The notes beneath the pieces are model-generated. The model saw only the letters and a program-made list of their open reading frames with translations, was not told the origin of the DNA and did not search any database. Source: Candidatus Rifleibacteriota bacterium (GTDB taxonomy: Bacteria > Muiribacteriota > Ozemobacteria > Ozemobacterales > Ozemobacteraceae). Taken from it: 64,000 bases of DNA. This document shows positions 35,124-45,654 of this stretch, piece after piece (the first letter of the stretch is position 1; every line of letters begins with the position of its first letter). The stretch lies in the NCBI GenBank assembly GCA_017417215.1, contig JAFPZP010000010.1, positions 10,155 through 74,154 of the forward strand, written 5' to 3'. The position numbers and the translations under genes are program-made.

Positions 35124-36599
35124 TTGAGCTTAAAACATAGATTTAACTATGAATCTGTAGCAAATCAGTTAAAAAGCACAGAGCACCATTATATAGAAAG
35201 TAAATATGCTGGTGGTATTAGTATAGCTTTGGTTTATCCTAATCTTTACAGTTTAGGAATGAGTAACCTAGGTTATCTTACTGTGCACAGACTTGTAAGC
35301 TCAATTCCTAATACAGGTGTAGAACGCTTTTTCCCTGCTCTACAGCAAGAAATTCCTTTAGAAGCTCCATACTATTCATTTGAAACAGGTCGCCCACTTG
35401 GGGATTTTAATATATTAATGTTCTCTTTCAGCTTTGAAGGCGATTTTGATAAAATACCCGGTATTTTTTCGTCTTTGGGATTACCCGTTTTGGCTAAAGA
35501 TAGAAATAAGCATCACCCTCTTCTAATAGCTGGTGGTGCTGCAATCGCTTCGAATCCAAAAGCTCTTTCTCTTGTTTTTGATATAATAATTCCAGGAGAA
35601 GCAGAAACTACGATAATTCCTGTTGTGGAAGCATTACATAAAGATGGTTTTGAAAAGGAAAAAATAGCTTCGATAAAAGGTGTGTGGGTTCCCTCAATTT
35701 CAGATAAGGTTCCAGAGCTTTCTGGAGTGCACGATGTAAACCAACAGCCAGCATATTCTCATATTGTTTCTCCTTATAATTCTTTTGGTGGGGCCCATAT
35801 GATAGAAGTGATGCGAGGTTGTCCAAGAGTGTGCTCTTTTTGTCTTGCAAGATGTATTTATGCACCGCCAAGACCAGTAAAAGCTTCTGTATTTGAAAAC
35901 TGGCTTAATGCACACCCTGATTGCAAAGACTTGGGGCTTGTTGCTCCTTCGCTCTTTGATCACCCAGAAGTTGAACAGATTTTTTCTATGCTTCAAGAAA
36001 GGAATATAAAGGTTAGAAATTCTTCTGTTAAATGGGAAAAACTTTCGGCAAACATAATAAATGCTTTGCAAAAGTCTGGCATTACAGGCTTAACAGTTGC
36101 TCCGGAAACAGGCAGCGAACGACTAAGAAAAGCTATGAAAAAGCCTATGAGCGAAGATTTATTCATGGAAAGAATAAAATCATTATTCGACCACGGTTTT
36201 GAACATATAAAAATGTATTTTGTAAGTTGCTTGCCTGGCGAAGAAGATGAAGATACTGATGCAACAATAGATTTTATTAACAGAGTGATAAAAATAGCTC
36301 CTTCGATATCATCTCTATCTGCAACTTTTTCCGTCTTTGTTCCGAAGAATCATACAACTTGGCAAAATGAGCCCGCACCAGAACAATATACAATAAAAAA
36401 ACGAACTAAATATCTAAGAGAAGGCTTAAATAAACTTGGTTCTTTTAAAGCAAATTTTGAAAGCCCCCAAGAAGTTCTGCGCCAAGCCTATCTTGCAAAG
36501 GTAGGCCCTGAGTTGGGTGAAGAATACGATAGGCTAGCCAAAGAAGAAAGAGCTAACCGTCTGTTTAAGAAAGGACAGTTCACGAATATAGATTATTAG
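35124..36599 (+). CDS. Radical SAM protein (B12-binding-like N-terminal region plus a radical SAM core)
   Basis: Cys cluster CPRVCSFCLARC (CxxxCxxC). It is 491 aa with a TTG start. It ends with TAG. Confidence 0.55.
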   Translation: MSLKHRFNYESVANQLKSTEHHYIESKYAGGISIALVYPNLYSLGMSNLGYLTVHRLVSSIPNTGVERFFPALQQEIPLEAPYYSFETGRPLGDFNILMFSFSFEGDFDKIPGIFSSLGLPVLAKDRNKHHPLLIAGGAAIASNPKALSLVFDIIIPGEAETTIIPVVEALHKDGFEKEKIASIKGVWVPSISDKVPELSGVHDVNQQPAYSHIVSPYNSFGGAHMIEVMRGCPRVCSFCLARCIYAPPRPVKASVFENWLNAHPDCKDLGLVAPSLFDHPEVEQIFSMLQERNIKVRNSSVKWEKLSANIINALQKSGITGLTVAPETGSERLRKAMKKPMSEDLFMERIKSLFDHGFEHIKMYFVSCLPGEEDEDTDATIDFINRVIKIAPSISSLSATFSVFVPKNHTTWQNEPAPEQYTIKKRTKYLREGLNKLGSFKANFESPQEVLRQAYLAKVGPELGEEYDRLAKEERANRLFKKGQFTNIDY

Positions 36600-36707
36600 T
36601 TAAGATGTTTACTTTTGCCTTGTTTAATTTCAAAATACTTATTGACCAAGATAACTAAAATAGCTTATAAAATTTAGTCAGATAACAAAATAAGAGCAAA
36701 TAAATAT

Positions 36708-37517
36708 ATGGATAATCGACCTATAGGAATATTCGACTCAGGAGTTGGCGGATTAACTGTATTCAAGGAAATACGTAAACTTCTGCCTTTTGAAAACCTT
36801 ATTTACTTTGGAGATACTGCTAGAGTTCCTTATGGGAACAAATCTCCTGTTGCTGTTCAAAAATATTCTTTAGAAATTGCTAAATTTCTTGAAATGCAGA
36901 ACGTAAAAATGATTATAATTGCTTGTAATACTGCTTCTGCATTAGCTTTATCTACCCTTAGAAATGAAGTTAGAATTCCAGTGATTGGTGTTATAGAGCC
37001 AGGTGTCAGAGCCGCAATAAAGTCGGCTCATAATAATAGCATAGCTGTTATAGGCACAAAAGCTACCATAACATCTGGAGCTTATCAAAATCGTATAAAA
37101 AGATTGAGAAGCTCTATTAATGTAATCGCTGTCCCTTGTCCTCTTTTTGTTCCTATAGTTGAAGAAAATCTTATGAATACAAAAGTTGCTGCTGAAGCTA
37201 TGGAAATGTATTTATCTGATTTAAAAAAGACAGATATAAAGTCTTTAATCTTAGCTTGCACCCATTATCCATTGTTGAAAAATCAAATCAGCAAATTTTT
37301 TGATGATAAAATCAATCTTGTAGATTCGGCTTATGAAACAGCCAAAGAAGTAAAGGAAACCTTAGAAGCTAGAAGAATGTCTACTGAACAGGAAACTCCT
37401 GGAAAAGAAAGCTTTTTTGTTTCCGATAGCCCAGAAACCTTTTCCAATATAGCAGCTAATTTCTTGAATCGCCCTATAGATGGTAAATGTGTTTTTCACC
37501 CATGGGCAGAATTTTGA
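36708..37517 (+). CDS. murI: Glutamate racemase
   Basis: IGIFDSGVGGLTV, IACNTAS and ILACTHYPLL are canonical MurI motifs. Confidence 0.85.
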   Translation: MDNRPIGIFDSGVGGLTVFKEIRKLLPFENLIYFGDTARVPYGNKSPVAVQKYSLEIAKFLEMQNVKMIIIACNTASALALSTLRNEVRIPVIGVIEPGVRAAIKSAHNNSIAVIGTKATITSGAYQNRIKRLRSSINVIAVPCPLFVPIVEENLMNTKVAAEAMEMYLSDLKKTDIKSLILACTHYPLLKNQISKFFDDKINLVDSAYETAKEVKETLEARRMSTEQETPGKESFFVSDSPETFSNIAANFLNRPIDGKCVFHPWAEF

Positions 37518-37532
37518 TTAAACGGTAATAGA

Positions 37533-39794
37533 ATGGAAGAAGAAACCTCAAAACTTGGCAAAATCATATATAATCTTATTGATGCTATGTTTTGGATAGC
37601 TGATGAAACAGCTAGATGGTGGGAAATAAGCAAAATAACCATTCAGGTAAAAACCTTCCGAAGACAGAAAGCTGTTTTAAACAAATTAATCAAGGAAAAC
37701 GAAAAGAAATCAATAGGAATTAGTGTTGCGCAAACAGCGGAACTGGCATCGTTAAATGAAAGTATTTCAAAACTTGCAGCCAAAGAAGATTTCTTAAAAA
37801 GTAAATGCTGGTCCTGGACACCATTTATAGACTTTACTCTTATATTTTTATTGTTTCTTTATGGGGTAATTTCAATAAATCCAATAAAAAAGATACAAGA
37901 CAACCCTCGAACCAATATAGGGGTATTTGGTGGTCAGATCAGCAGAGTTAGAGAATTACCTTTTCAGGGGCACAGCATTATTACTGATTCAATTTGGTTT
38001 GATAACAGACTTTATGTAGCGGGTAATAATGGTGTAACAATAATAAACACAGTTACAGGGCAAACCCAGAATATTAAAGACCTTCCCCAGAATTTTTTTG
38101 CCAAAGACCTTCAGATTATCAACAACCATTTATTGATAGCTGGGTATTCTGGAGTATTTGAATACGAAAATAATGTTTTAAAAACTTTATTTGATGAAAA
38201 TAAACTTCCTAATAAGCTTGTAAACGCATTTGCTGTTGTTAATGAACGAAAAAAACAATATTTAATAGGAACTTTAGGGGATGGGCTGTTTAGAACCAAT
38301 GGAGACAGTATTATTCCTATTTCTAATACCAGCAATTACATAATTAGAAGTTTTGGTCATCAAAGACAAGAACTTTGGATTCTACATGATGAAGGTATTT
38401 TAACTGGAAATTCTGATAAGCTAACCAGCCTTGATTTGCAGGTTCTAGCTGGCAAGAAGACCAGATGTATGGTAACTACCGACAAGAATGTCTTTATTGG
38501 AACAGATCAGGGTATTGTAGCTGGTTATAGAAGTTCCAAAAACTGGGTTTGGACAATGCTTTCTTCTATAAAGCCAGGATTTATCAATGATATTATAAAT
38601 GCTGGAGAAGTCCTTTTTATTGCATCTGATGAAGGGGTGTTCAGATACTATAAAGGGAAAATGGATAGATTATCTAGTATTCCAACTTACTCTCTTAGCT
38701 TATGCGATACTTTCTTGGCTGCTATAGGCAAATCTTCTGTTATTTTCTACTATTTTAATTTTTCTGGCAATATTGGCAATAGCTCAATATTTGGCGTAGT
38801 TCCTGAGTTGGGAACTTATACCCCGACTTTACCTATTACAACTTTGCCTATGGAAGTCAGACCGAATTATAAAAGAATGCCAGATTACGGTTTAATTGAG
38901 ACTGACGGAAAAGAACCTCTGACAGAAAGTGCTCTTTCAACAGAAAGCTATCCGCCAGATCAAAAGCCGATGGTTGAACTTCCTATTGAACTTCAAAGAC
39001 CGGTATTTTCAGATATTACCAAATTTAATAACAAATATTTACTGGCTACAACCAATAGAGGTATATGGTCCTTTGATGGTGAAGTCTGGAAACAGATTGA
39101 ACATAAGGGTATAGGGAATGCCAATAAACTTTGTTGTAATGAAAAACATTGTTACGCTTATAGCAGTGAATTTGGAATATACGAAATAGTAGACGGCAAT
39201 ACAAAACTAATTATAGAGCCTAAAGAAACTAAAAATCTGAAGTATCTCAGTATTTGTGATGAAGATACTCTTTTGCTTTTGTATTCTGATGGTAAGGTTA
39301 AAACTTTTAAGAATGGTGAATTCAATCTTTTCTTTACAATACCTAATGAATTTGTAAACAATTGTCATTCTATCTGGAAAGTTATGGATCAGTATGTAGC
39401 TGTTCTGAATCAGGGTATTATGACCCATGAATCCAATGGAAAATGGAATCTTATGTTTTTCCAAGGCAATATAGATTCTGCAAGAATAGCTGATGTAATC
39501 AATCTTAATCAAAAAGTTTTATATATAGCTTTAAATGATGGCAGAATCTTTGAATATTACAACAATAGACTGCCTCTTTCTGGAATCGTAGCTGATCATC
39601 CAAATTCTATTAACTATTCTGGAAATCTTTGGGTAGCAAGTATGGATTCTCTTTATTTAAAAGAGAAAAATACTTTTATAGCAATTCCATTTAAAAGCAG
39701 AGATAGAATTCTAGGGGCTTTCCCAGATAAAGAAAACAAAAATATTTATGTTTTCACAGCTTCTGGACTTAGAATTTTAAACAAACAAAAATAA
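37533..39794 (+). CDS. Membrane-anchored hypothetical protein with beta-propeller-like repeats
   Basis: One TM (FIDFTLIFLLFLYGVISI). Repeated segments rich in G/W/F, about 45 aa each (e.g. LYVAGNNGVTIIN, LLIAGYSGVFEY, VFIGTDQGIVAGY), resemble two-component-regulator propeller repeats. Confidence 0.4.
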   Translation: MEEETSKLGKIIYNLIDAMFWIADETARWWEISKITIQVKTFRRQKAVLNKLIKENEKKSIGISVAQTAELASLNESISKLAAKEDFLKSKCWSWTPFIDFTLIFLLFLYGVISINPIKKIQDNPRTNIGVFGGQISRVRELPFQGHSIITDSIWFDNRLYVAGNNGVTIINTVTGQTQNIKDLPQNFFAKDLQIINNHLLIAGYSGVFEYENNVLKTLFDENKLPNKLVNAFAVVNERKKQYLIGTLGDGLFRTNGDSIIPISNTSNYIIRSFGHQRQELWILHDEGILTGNSDKLTSLDLQVLAGKKTRCMVTTDKNVFIGTDQGIVAGYRSSKNWVWTMLSSIKPGFINDIINAGEVLFIASDEGVFRYYKGKMDRLSSIPTYSLSLCDTFLAAIGKSSVIFYYFNFSGNIGNSSIFGVVPELGTYTPTLPITTLPMEVRPNYKRMPDYGLIETDGKEPLTESALSTESYPPDQKPMVELPIELQRPVFSDITKFNNKYLLATTNRGIWSFDGEVWKQIEHKGIGNANKLCCNEKHCYAYSSEFGIYEIVDGNTKLIIEPKETKNLKYLSICDEDTLLLLYSDGKVKTFKNGEFNLFFTIPNEFVNNCHSIWKVMDQYVAVLNQGIMTHESNGKWNLMFFQGNIDSARIADVINLNQKVLYIALNDGRIFEYYNNRLPLSGIVADHPNSINYSGNLWVASMDSLYLKEKNTFIAIPFKSRDRILGAFPDKENKNIYVFTASGLRILNKQK

Positions 39795-39861
39795 AAAATC
39801 TTAATAATACAGCGGCAAATTACCGATAAGTTTAATATATCTATAAGCAGAATTTACATCT

Positions 39862-40233
39862 ATGGCAAAAGAATATTTACCTGTATTTGCAGAAGAAATT
39901 TTCATCGTTAACCTATACGGAACAGATGAAGAAATATATGAATTCAACGAGTTAATGAAAGAAACTCATGTTGAAAAAAATCTTATGTCAATGACTCTCA
40001 TCATTGAAGAGATTAAAAGACGTAATTTTCTGAAAATTAACTGGCAATGCTGTTCTAGATGCAGATACTATGCAAATTGTAAAATTAATTGGTATAGAGG
40101 CGAACGACATATGAACAATCGCCATTGTTGCACCTATTGTCAGAATTTCTGGGATTGTCATAGTAAATTCTGCAAAGAAAACAATTTAAGTGAAAAATCA
40201 GCAGAAATCTGCAAACAAAAACATGCCCAATAG
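39862..40233 (+). CDS. Small Cys-rich hypothetical protein
   Basis: A 123-aa ORF containing WQCCSRCRYYANC and HCCTYCQNFWDCHSKFC clusters. Confidence 0.3.
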   Translation: MAKEYLPVFAEEIFIVNLYGTDEEIYEFNELMKETHVEKNLMSMTLIIEEIKRRNFLKINWQCCSRCRYYANCKINWYRGERHMNNRHCCTYCQNFWDCHSKFCKENNLSEKSAEICKQKHAQ

Positions 40234-40990
40234 ACTAGCAAAAATATATAAAAATTTATTTTCGTTCTTGTTTATATTATGTTGCTCTTATATAGCTGAA
40301 ATGCCTTGTTATGCAGGTCTTTCACTTCAAGGTCCATCTGGTTTTGTCAACGTTCCTTCTTATAAAACTGTTCATGAAAAAGAAATTGAATTATCTGTAA
40401 AAGGCAGAATGTATGAAAGCTATAAGGGAGATAGAGCAAAAGATGGTTATATGACTACTTTTTCTTTTGCATTTTCTCCGATAAAAGATGTTGAGTTTGG
40501 CATACAGGCAGATTTAGATTCTGAATTAAGTAGAAATGATGTTGAAACTGACCCTAAGCTTAATTTTAAAGTAAGGCTTCCTTCTTTTGGTGAAGGTGAG
40601 TTTTCTCAAATGGCTTTTGGTGGTGTTTTTGATACAAATCCCAATAATTATCATACACTTTATTTTAGTTTAGGTGGTTTGGGTATAGGTTGGAATTTTG
40701 GTGGTAATGAAGGGGTTGGAACAGCTTCATACGGAAAATATAAAAAAGGTAAAAGGAAACCAGAAACTCTTTGTTTGTTGTTCGGAGCTGAAGTTCCTGG
40801 TAGAAAACCTGGCGAAAGAGGTTATAAAAGCCAGTATATAGTAGATTATAATGGTGATGTAATTTCTGTAGGTTGGAGATTTTATTCCCACAGAGGTTTT
40901 TCTGTTGAAGTTCTAGGTTCAACCAAATCAAGTTACGATGATTTTTACAAATATAAACCCTTAACTGTAGGTATAGGTGCTAATTTTTAA
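40223..40990 (+). CDS. Putative outer-membrane beta-barrel protein
   Basis: A signal peptide runs from the M at 40223 (LFSFLFILCCSYIAEMPCYA). Amphipathic beta-strands alternate, Gly/aromatic-rich segments occur, and the protein ends in Phe. Confidence 0.35.
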   Translation: MPNRLAKIYKNLFSFLFILCCSYIAEMPCYAGLSLQGPSGFVNVPSYKTVHEKEIELSVKGRMYESYKGDRAKDGYMTTFSFAFSPIKDVEFGIQADLDSELSRNDVETDPKLNFKVRLPSFGEGEFSQMAFGGVFDTNPNNYHTLYFSLGGLGIGWNFGGNEGVGTASYGKYKKGKRKPETLCLLFGAEVPGRKPGERGYKSQYIVDYNGDVISVGWRFYSHRGFSVEVLGSTKSSYDDFYKYKPLTVGIGANF

Positions 40991-41063
40991 AGCAAGACTA
41001 TTGACTTTTTTTAGTTAAAAGTAGCATAATTTTCCCATACAAATAGATTTTGAAGGAAAAACT

Positions 41064-41927
41064 GTGCTGGGTATAACATTTATTGGGTCAGGCAGCAAAG
41101 GCAATTCTGCATTATTAGAACTGAATAATTCATATTATTTATTAGATGCAGGAATTTCATGCAAGAAAATCTGTGATTGCTTGTTGGAAAGAAATCTGAC
41201 CCTCAATGAAATAGAAGGTATTTTCCTTACTCATGAGCACAATGACCATATAAAAGGTCTAAATGTTCTTTTAAAAAAGGCACCGCATCTTAAAATTTAT
41301 TGCACGCCAGGTACTGCTTCAGCAATCGTAGATAGAGGTATTCCCATAGAAGAATACTATTCTATGAAATATGAAGAAGTATTTGAAATCAGCGGTTGTT
41401 TATGCACAGCTTTTCGAGTTCCCCATGATGCAGCACAGCCTATGGGACTTCATATCACAAAAGATAATTATTCAATGGTTATGGCAACAGACCTTGGCTG
41501 TGTAACTCCAGATGTTATAAAACATACCCAGGATGCTGATTTGCTATGTATTGAAAGTAATTATGATTCTGATATGCTTAAATCCTGCTCCTACCCTAGT
41601 TGGCTTAAACAGAGAATAAAAAGCAAAACTGGGCATCTTCCGAACGAAGGTGTAAGAGGTATACTTTCTAGAATGAATAAAGTTCCTCAAAGTGTAGTAT
41701 TAATGCATTTAAGCCAAGAATCCAATACTAAAGAAAAAGCTCTTGATGCATTAAATTCTTTCTTAAAATTTGATGGTTTAGAATTTAAAAATATGCATGT
41801 AACTGTTGCTAGTCAGGATTACCCTAGTGAACGAGTTACAGTTGGAAATGAATTAAATTCTAATCTCAAAGCGAAGTTATTAAATAATATTAATTTGGAA
41901 TCTTTCAGCAGAGAGGCATTAGGATGA
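41064..41927 (+). CDS. MBL-fold metallo-hydrolase (YycJ/WalJ-like)
   Basis: HEHNDHIKG (HxHxDH) and a GTG start. It sits directly upstream of rlmH, as yycJ does in Firmicutes. Confidence 0.6.
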   Translation: MLGITFIGSGSKGNSALLELNNSYYLLDAGISCKKICDCLLERNLTLNEIEGIFLTHEHNDHIKGLNVLLKKAPHLKIYCTPGTASAIVDRGIPIEEYYSMKYEEVFEISGCLCTAFRVPHDAAQPMGLHITKDNYSMVMATDLGCVTPDVIKHTQDADLLCIESNYDSDMLKSCSYPSWLKQRIKSKTGHLPNEGVRGILSRMNKVPQSVVLMHLSQESNTKEKALDALNSFLKFDGLEFKNMHVTVASQDYPSERVTVGNELNSNLKAKLLNNINLESFSREALG

Positions 41928-42349
41928 AAATAGAAATTTTAATGCCTGGAAAAATACAGGATAAGCCTTATCAAAAGTTAGTTGATTTATATTTAGAAAG
42001 ATGTTCGAAACGTCTTCCTGTAGAAATCATTAATTGTAAAACAGAAGATGAGCTTGTTAAACGAATTAATGGCAGAGAATTCATAATTGCTCTTGATGAA
42101 CATGCCAAATGCCCAGATACTAACGGGTTTGTAAAGTGGCTGGATACAAAGTTAAAGTCAGGTTGTAATCGCCTTACAATTTGCTTAGGAGCTGCTGAAG
42201 GGCATGATCCAAGAGTAAAGGCTAGCGCAAACGAATTTATTTCTCTTTCACCCTTAACCTTAAACCATCAATTAGCACTTTTAGTGCTTGCAGAACAACT
42301 TTATAGGGCAATATCTATAATGTTCGGCGAACCTTACCATAAAGCATGA
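41924..42349 (+). CDS. rlmH: 23S rRNA (pseudouridine1915-N3)-methyltransferase RlmH (SPOUT family)
   Basis: IALDEHAK ... LTICLGAAEGH ... SLSPLTLNHQLALLVLAEQLYRAISIMFGEPYHK matches RlmH end to end. Confidence 0.8.
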   Translation: MKIEILMPGKIQDKPYQKLVDLYLERCSKRLPVEIINCKTEDELVKRINGREFIIALDEHAKCPDTNGFVKWLDTKLKSGCNRLTICLGAAEGHDPRVKASANEFISLSPLTLNHQLALLVLAEQLYRAISIMFGEPYHKA

Positions 42350-43197
42350 TTATAATTGAAGACGAACACTACAGTACAATCAGCAAGGCAATAAAAGAAT
42401 ATGCAGGTATAGTCCTTGAACGTATACCGCAGAATCGTGTCGAGAAAAAAATAATAGACCAGATGAAGCAGTTGAACTGCCATAACATAAATGACTTTGT
42501 AGAATTGCTTAAAAACTGCAACAATAATTCCAAGATAATGGATAGCTTTATTAGTGAAATAACCATTAGTGAAAGCTATATTTTCCGTAATCCAAAGCAA
42601 TTTGAGTATATGATAAATCAGTTCTTCCCAGAGTTCTTTAAGAAGAATAATTTTGAATTCCCCTTGAGAATCTGGAGTGCTGGATGTTCTCACGGAGAAG
42701 AACCTTATTCAATAGCGATGATAGCCAAAGATTTCAAACAGAAAAATCCTAAGGCAAAATTTGTTATCAACGCTGGCGATATAGACAAAACTTGTCTTTT
42801 GGAAGCACAAAAAGGTGTATACAAATCTAAATCGATGCACGGCAAAATAGAATTTTTCGAACACAAACTTGGCTTCCATATTGGCAAACATGACAAAAAT
42901 GGCAACTGTTTAATTTCCCAAGATCTTAAGGAAATGGTTGATTTTCATTGGCTTAATTTAAAAAATATTTCTAAACTAAAAATTATGCAGGGTTCTGATA
43001 TTATTTTTTGTAGAAACGTGTTAATATATTTTGATGAAGTCTTAAGGAAAAAAATATTAGAAACCTTCTATGAGTATTTGAATCCAAATGGCCTTCTATT
43101 TATAGGAGAAAGTGAATGTTTCTCATTCCCAGAAAAAACATTCGAACTGCTCGATACTAAAGGAAGTTACGCATACAGGAAACCAGGAAGTAAGTAG
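42346..43197 (+). CDS. cheR: Chemotaxis protein methyltransferase CheR
   Basis: RIWSAGCSHGEEPYSIAM and IIFCRNVLIYFD are SAM-MTase CheR signatures. Confidence 0.85.
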   Translation: MIIIEDEHYSTISKAIKEYAGIVLERIPQNRVEKKIIDQMKQLNCHNINDFVELLKNCNNNSKIMDSFISEITISESYIFRNPKQFEYMINQFFPEFFKKNNFEFPLRIWSAGCSHGEEPYSIAMIAKDFKQKNPKAKFVINAGDIDKTCLLEAQKGVYKSKSMHGKIEFFEHKLGFHIGKHDKNGNCLISQDLKEMVDFHWLNLKNISKLKIMQGSDIIFCRNVLIYFDEVLRKKILETFYEYLNPNGLLFIGESECFSFPEKTFELLDTKGSYAYRKPGSK

Positions 43198-43200
43198 GAT

Positions 43201-44259
43201 ATGGAAGAAGAGAAAAAAAAGATACGTGTTGTCATAGTAGATGATTCTGCTTTTATGAGAACCGCAATAGAAAGAATGCTTAAATCCGATCCTTCTATAG
43301 AAATAGTCGGTTCAGCGGCTAATGGTATGGAAGCAATAGATAGAACAGTCAGATTAAAACCTGACGTTGTTACTATGGACGTTGAAATGCCTATTATGGA
43401 TGGATTACAAGCATTAAAAGAAATAATGCGTATTAGACCTACTCCTGTAATAATGGTTAGCTCTTTAACTCATGAAGGAGCAAAAGTTACATTAGATGCT
43501 CTTGATCTCGGTGCAGTAGACTATGTTCCGAAGCCTGGTTCTACTTTTTCTACAAATATACTTCAGTTGAAGGGTGAATTGGTTTCAAAAATTCATAATG
43601 CTGCTGGAAGCCAGCCCCATTCTATAAAATTAGAATTTGCTCCAAAAACAACAGTTAAACGATTTCCTGTAAAAGATGATAGAATAACAAAAGTTATCTT
43701 TATTGGTGCTTCAACTGGTGGTCCGCCAGCTATACAGAAAATTTTATCTTCTCTAGATCCGAATTTACCAGCTCCAATTGTAATAGCTCAGCATATGCCA
43801 AAAGCTTTTACTGCTGCTTTTGCATCAAGATTAAACATGATTTGCAGGCTAAAAGTAAAAGAAGCTTGTGATGGCGAGCAGTTACAGAATTCTATTGCTT
43901 ATATTTGTCCAGGTGACCATCAAACAACAGTTAATAGAAGTCTTGAAGGCAAATGTACTTTTTCGGTTGTTTCAAACACTGTTCAAAAAGACCAGTTTGC
44001 TCCTTGTATTAATACTCTCTTCTTCTCGGCTGCCAAAGAGTTTGCACATAATGCTGTAGGAATTATTCTTACTGGTATGGGTGAAGATGGTGTTAGAGGG
44101 CTAAAGAATATTAAGCTTATGGGTGGTTTAACCATTGCCCAAGACCGTGTTTCATCAGTCGTTTATGGTATGCCAAGAGCTGCTTTAGACCAACAGGCCG
44201 CAGTAAGAATACTTAATCTTGACGATATAGCCAACGAAATAGAATTATCTTTAAAATAG
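43201..44259 (+). CDS. cheB: Chemotaxis response regulator protein-glutamate methylesterase CheB
   Basis: N-terminal REC domain (VVIVDDSAFMR...DVVTMDVEMPIMDG) plus the methylesterase domain (VIFIGASTGGPPA, ILTGMGEDG). Confidence 0.85.
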   Translation: MEEEKKKIRVVIVDDSAFMRTAIERMLKSDPSIEIVGSAANGMEAIDRTVRLKPDVVTMDVEMPIMDGLQALKEIMRIRPTPVIMVSSLTHEGAKVTLDALDLGAVDYVPKPGSTFSTNILQLKGELVSKIHNAAGSQPHSIKLEFAPKTTVKRFPVKDDRITKVIFIGASTGGPPAIQKILSSLDPNLPAPIVIAQHMPKAFTAAFASRLNMICRLKVKEACDGEQLQNSIAYICPGDHQTTVNRSLEGKCTFSVVSNTVQKDQFAPCINTLFFSAAKEFAHNAVGIILTGMGEDGVRGLKNIKLMGGLTIAQDRVSSVVYGMPRAALDQQAAVRILNLDDIANEIELSLK

Positions 44260-44268
44260 GCTAGAAAA

Positions 44269-45654
44269 ATGTCTTTAAGCACGAAACTGAAGAGATTTAG
44301 CTTCAGACTGCCCCAAGGTGCAGAAGGAATGTTGTCGTTTTTCCTTATTATATGCGACATGTTTCTTTTGGATTATGTTTTTAGAAAAACTTTTTATCTC
44401 TGGTTATCAAGTGCTGGTCCAGTAGATCTTTATATTGCTTCTTATAATCAGGTTAAATGGTATCTATTCGCTTTTTATCTTTTCTTTGGAACAATATCCG
44501 GTCTTTTTCGTTTAAGAAGTCTTAAAGCCGCTTCAGACATAATATTTCATACCACCAGTTCTTTACTTTCTACTTTCATAGTTTTCAATCTTGTTGGCTT
44601 TATGTCTAGAAGTTTTGCTGCTTTGTCTCATAACTTCCCAAGACCAATTATGCTTATAGCTACTGCTATCAGTATTGTTGCAGTATTCTTAACAAGAATT
44701 ATTATATCTAGAATTTTCAGACCTCACCCAAATCTTGTTAAAGCAATAGTTATAGGTGATTTGGCTGAAGGAAAAAGAATCATAAACCATTTCCATCGCC
44801 GAGGTGGTGTAAGATTTCGCATTGTTCGCTCAATGAAGTCTAGTGAAATAGATGAACTGGCATCAGAAGTCATATTCAAACATGTTCACGAAGTATTCGT
44901 AACAGATACAAATTTGAATTTAGATAAGTTTTGGGCACAGATTTACTATCAGAGAAAAGAAGAACCTCACAGATTTAACGTAAGAATATCCGTAGATCCT
45001 AGTAAAACAGCGGCTTCTATAGGTTTACACAGCTTGGAAGATTTCCCTTTGATTACAATCTGTTCTCATCCTTTAACTACAGTTCAGAGAATAATAAAAA
45101 GAGTTTTCGATGTTTTGTTCTCTATTTTTGCAATTATTATTACCTCTCCTGTAATGATTCTTACTGCTATATTGGTTAAGATAGACTCACCTGGTCCTGT
45201 TTTCTATAAACAAAAAAGAGTAGGGCTTAACGGTAAGGAATACGACGTTATCAAGTTTCGTTCCATGAGAATGGGTTCTGAAGCTCAAACAGGTCCAACT
45301 GTATCTACCGCAGATGACCCTAGAGTTTCTAAACTTGGCAAGTTTATTAGAAAATTTGGTATTGATGAACTACCGCAATTCTTCTTGGTGTTAACTGGAG
45401 AAATGTCTGTGGTAGGACCACGTCCTGAACGACCTTTCTTTGTAAACGATTTTTATGAGTTTCAGGGAAGAAGGCTATCGGTTAAACCTGGTGTAACCGG
45501 TCTTGCTGCTGTAAACTCAAGATATTACCTTAAGTTGGTTGATAAAGTTACTTACGATTATTACTATCTTGATTACTACAGCATTCTTTTAGACATAAAG
45601 ATAGTTTTCCAAACCGTTTGGGTTTTGCTTTTCGAACCTAATTATTCTAAGTAA
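44269..45654 (+). CDS. Polyprenyl-phosphate sugar phosphotransferase (bacterial sugar transferase, WbaP/EpsL-like)
   Basis: N-terminal TM helices and a C-terminal catalytic domain with RVGLNGKEYDVIKFRSM and VVGPRPERP. Confidence 0.75.
   Translation: MSLSTKLKRFSFRLPQGAEGMLSFFLIICDMFLLDYVFRKTFYLWLSSAGPVDLYIASYNQVKWYLFAFYLFFGTISGLFRLRSLKAASDIIFHTTSSLLSTFIVFNLVGFMSRSFAALSHNFPRPIMLIATAISIVAVFLTRIIISRIFRPHPNLVKAIVIGDLAEGKRIINHFHRRGGVRFRIVRSMKSSEIDELASEVIFKHVHEVFVTDTNLNLDKFWAQIYYQRKEEPHRFNVRISVDPSKTAASIGLHSLEDFPLITICSHPLTTVQRIIKRVFDVLFSIFAIIITSPVMILTAILVKIDSPGPVFYKQKRVGLNGKEYDVIKFRSMRMGSEAQTGPTVSTADDPRVSKLGKFIRKFGIDELPQFFLVLTGEMSVVGPRPERPFFVNDFYEFQGRRLSVKPGVTGLAAVNSRYYLKLVDKVTYDYYYLDYYSILLDIKIVFQTVWVLLFEPNYSK

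Noticed and set aside
11190-44259. Chemotaxis genes (cheW at 11190, cheR/cheB at 42346-44259) as one system
   Set aside because: They are about 30 kb apart and separated by unrelated operons. No cheA or MCP is in the window. They are noted as scattered che genes, not a locus.
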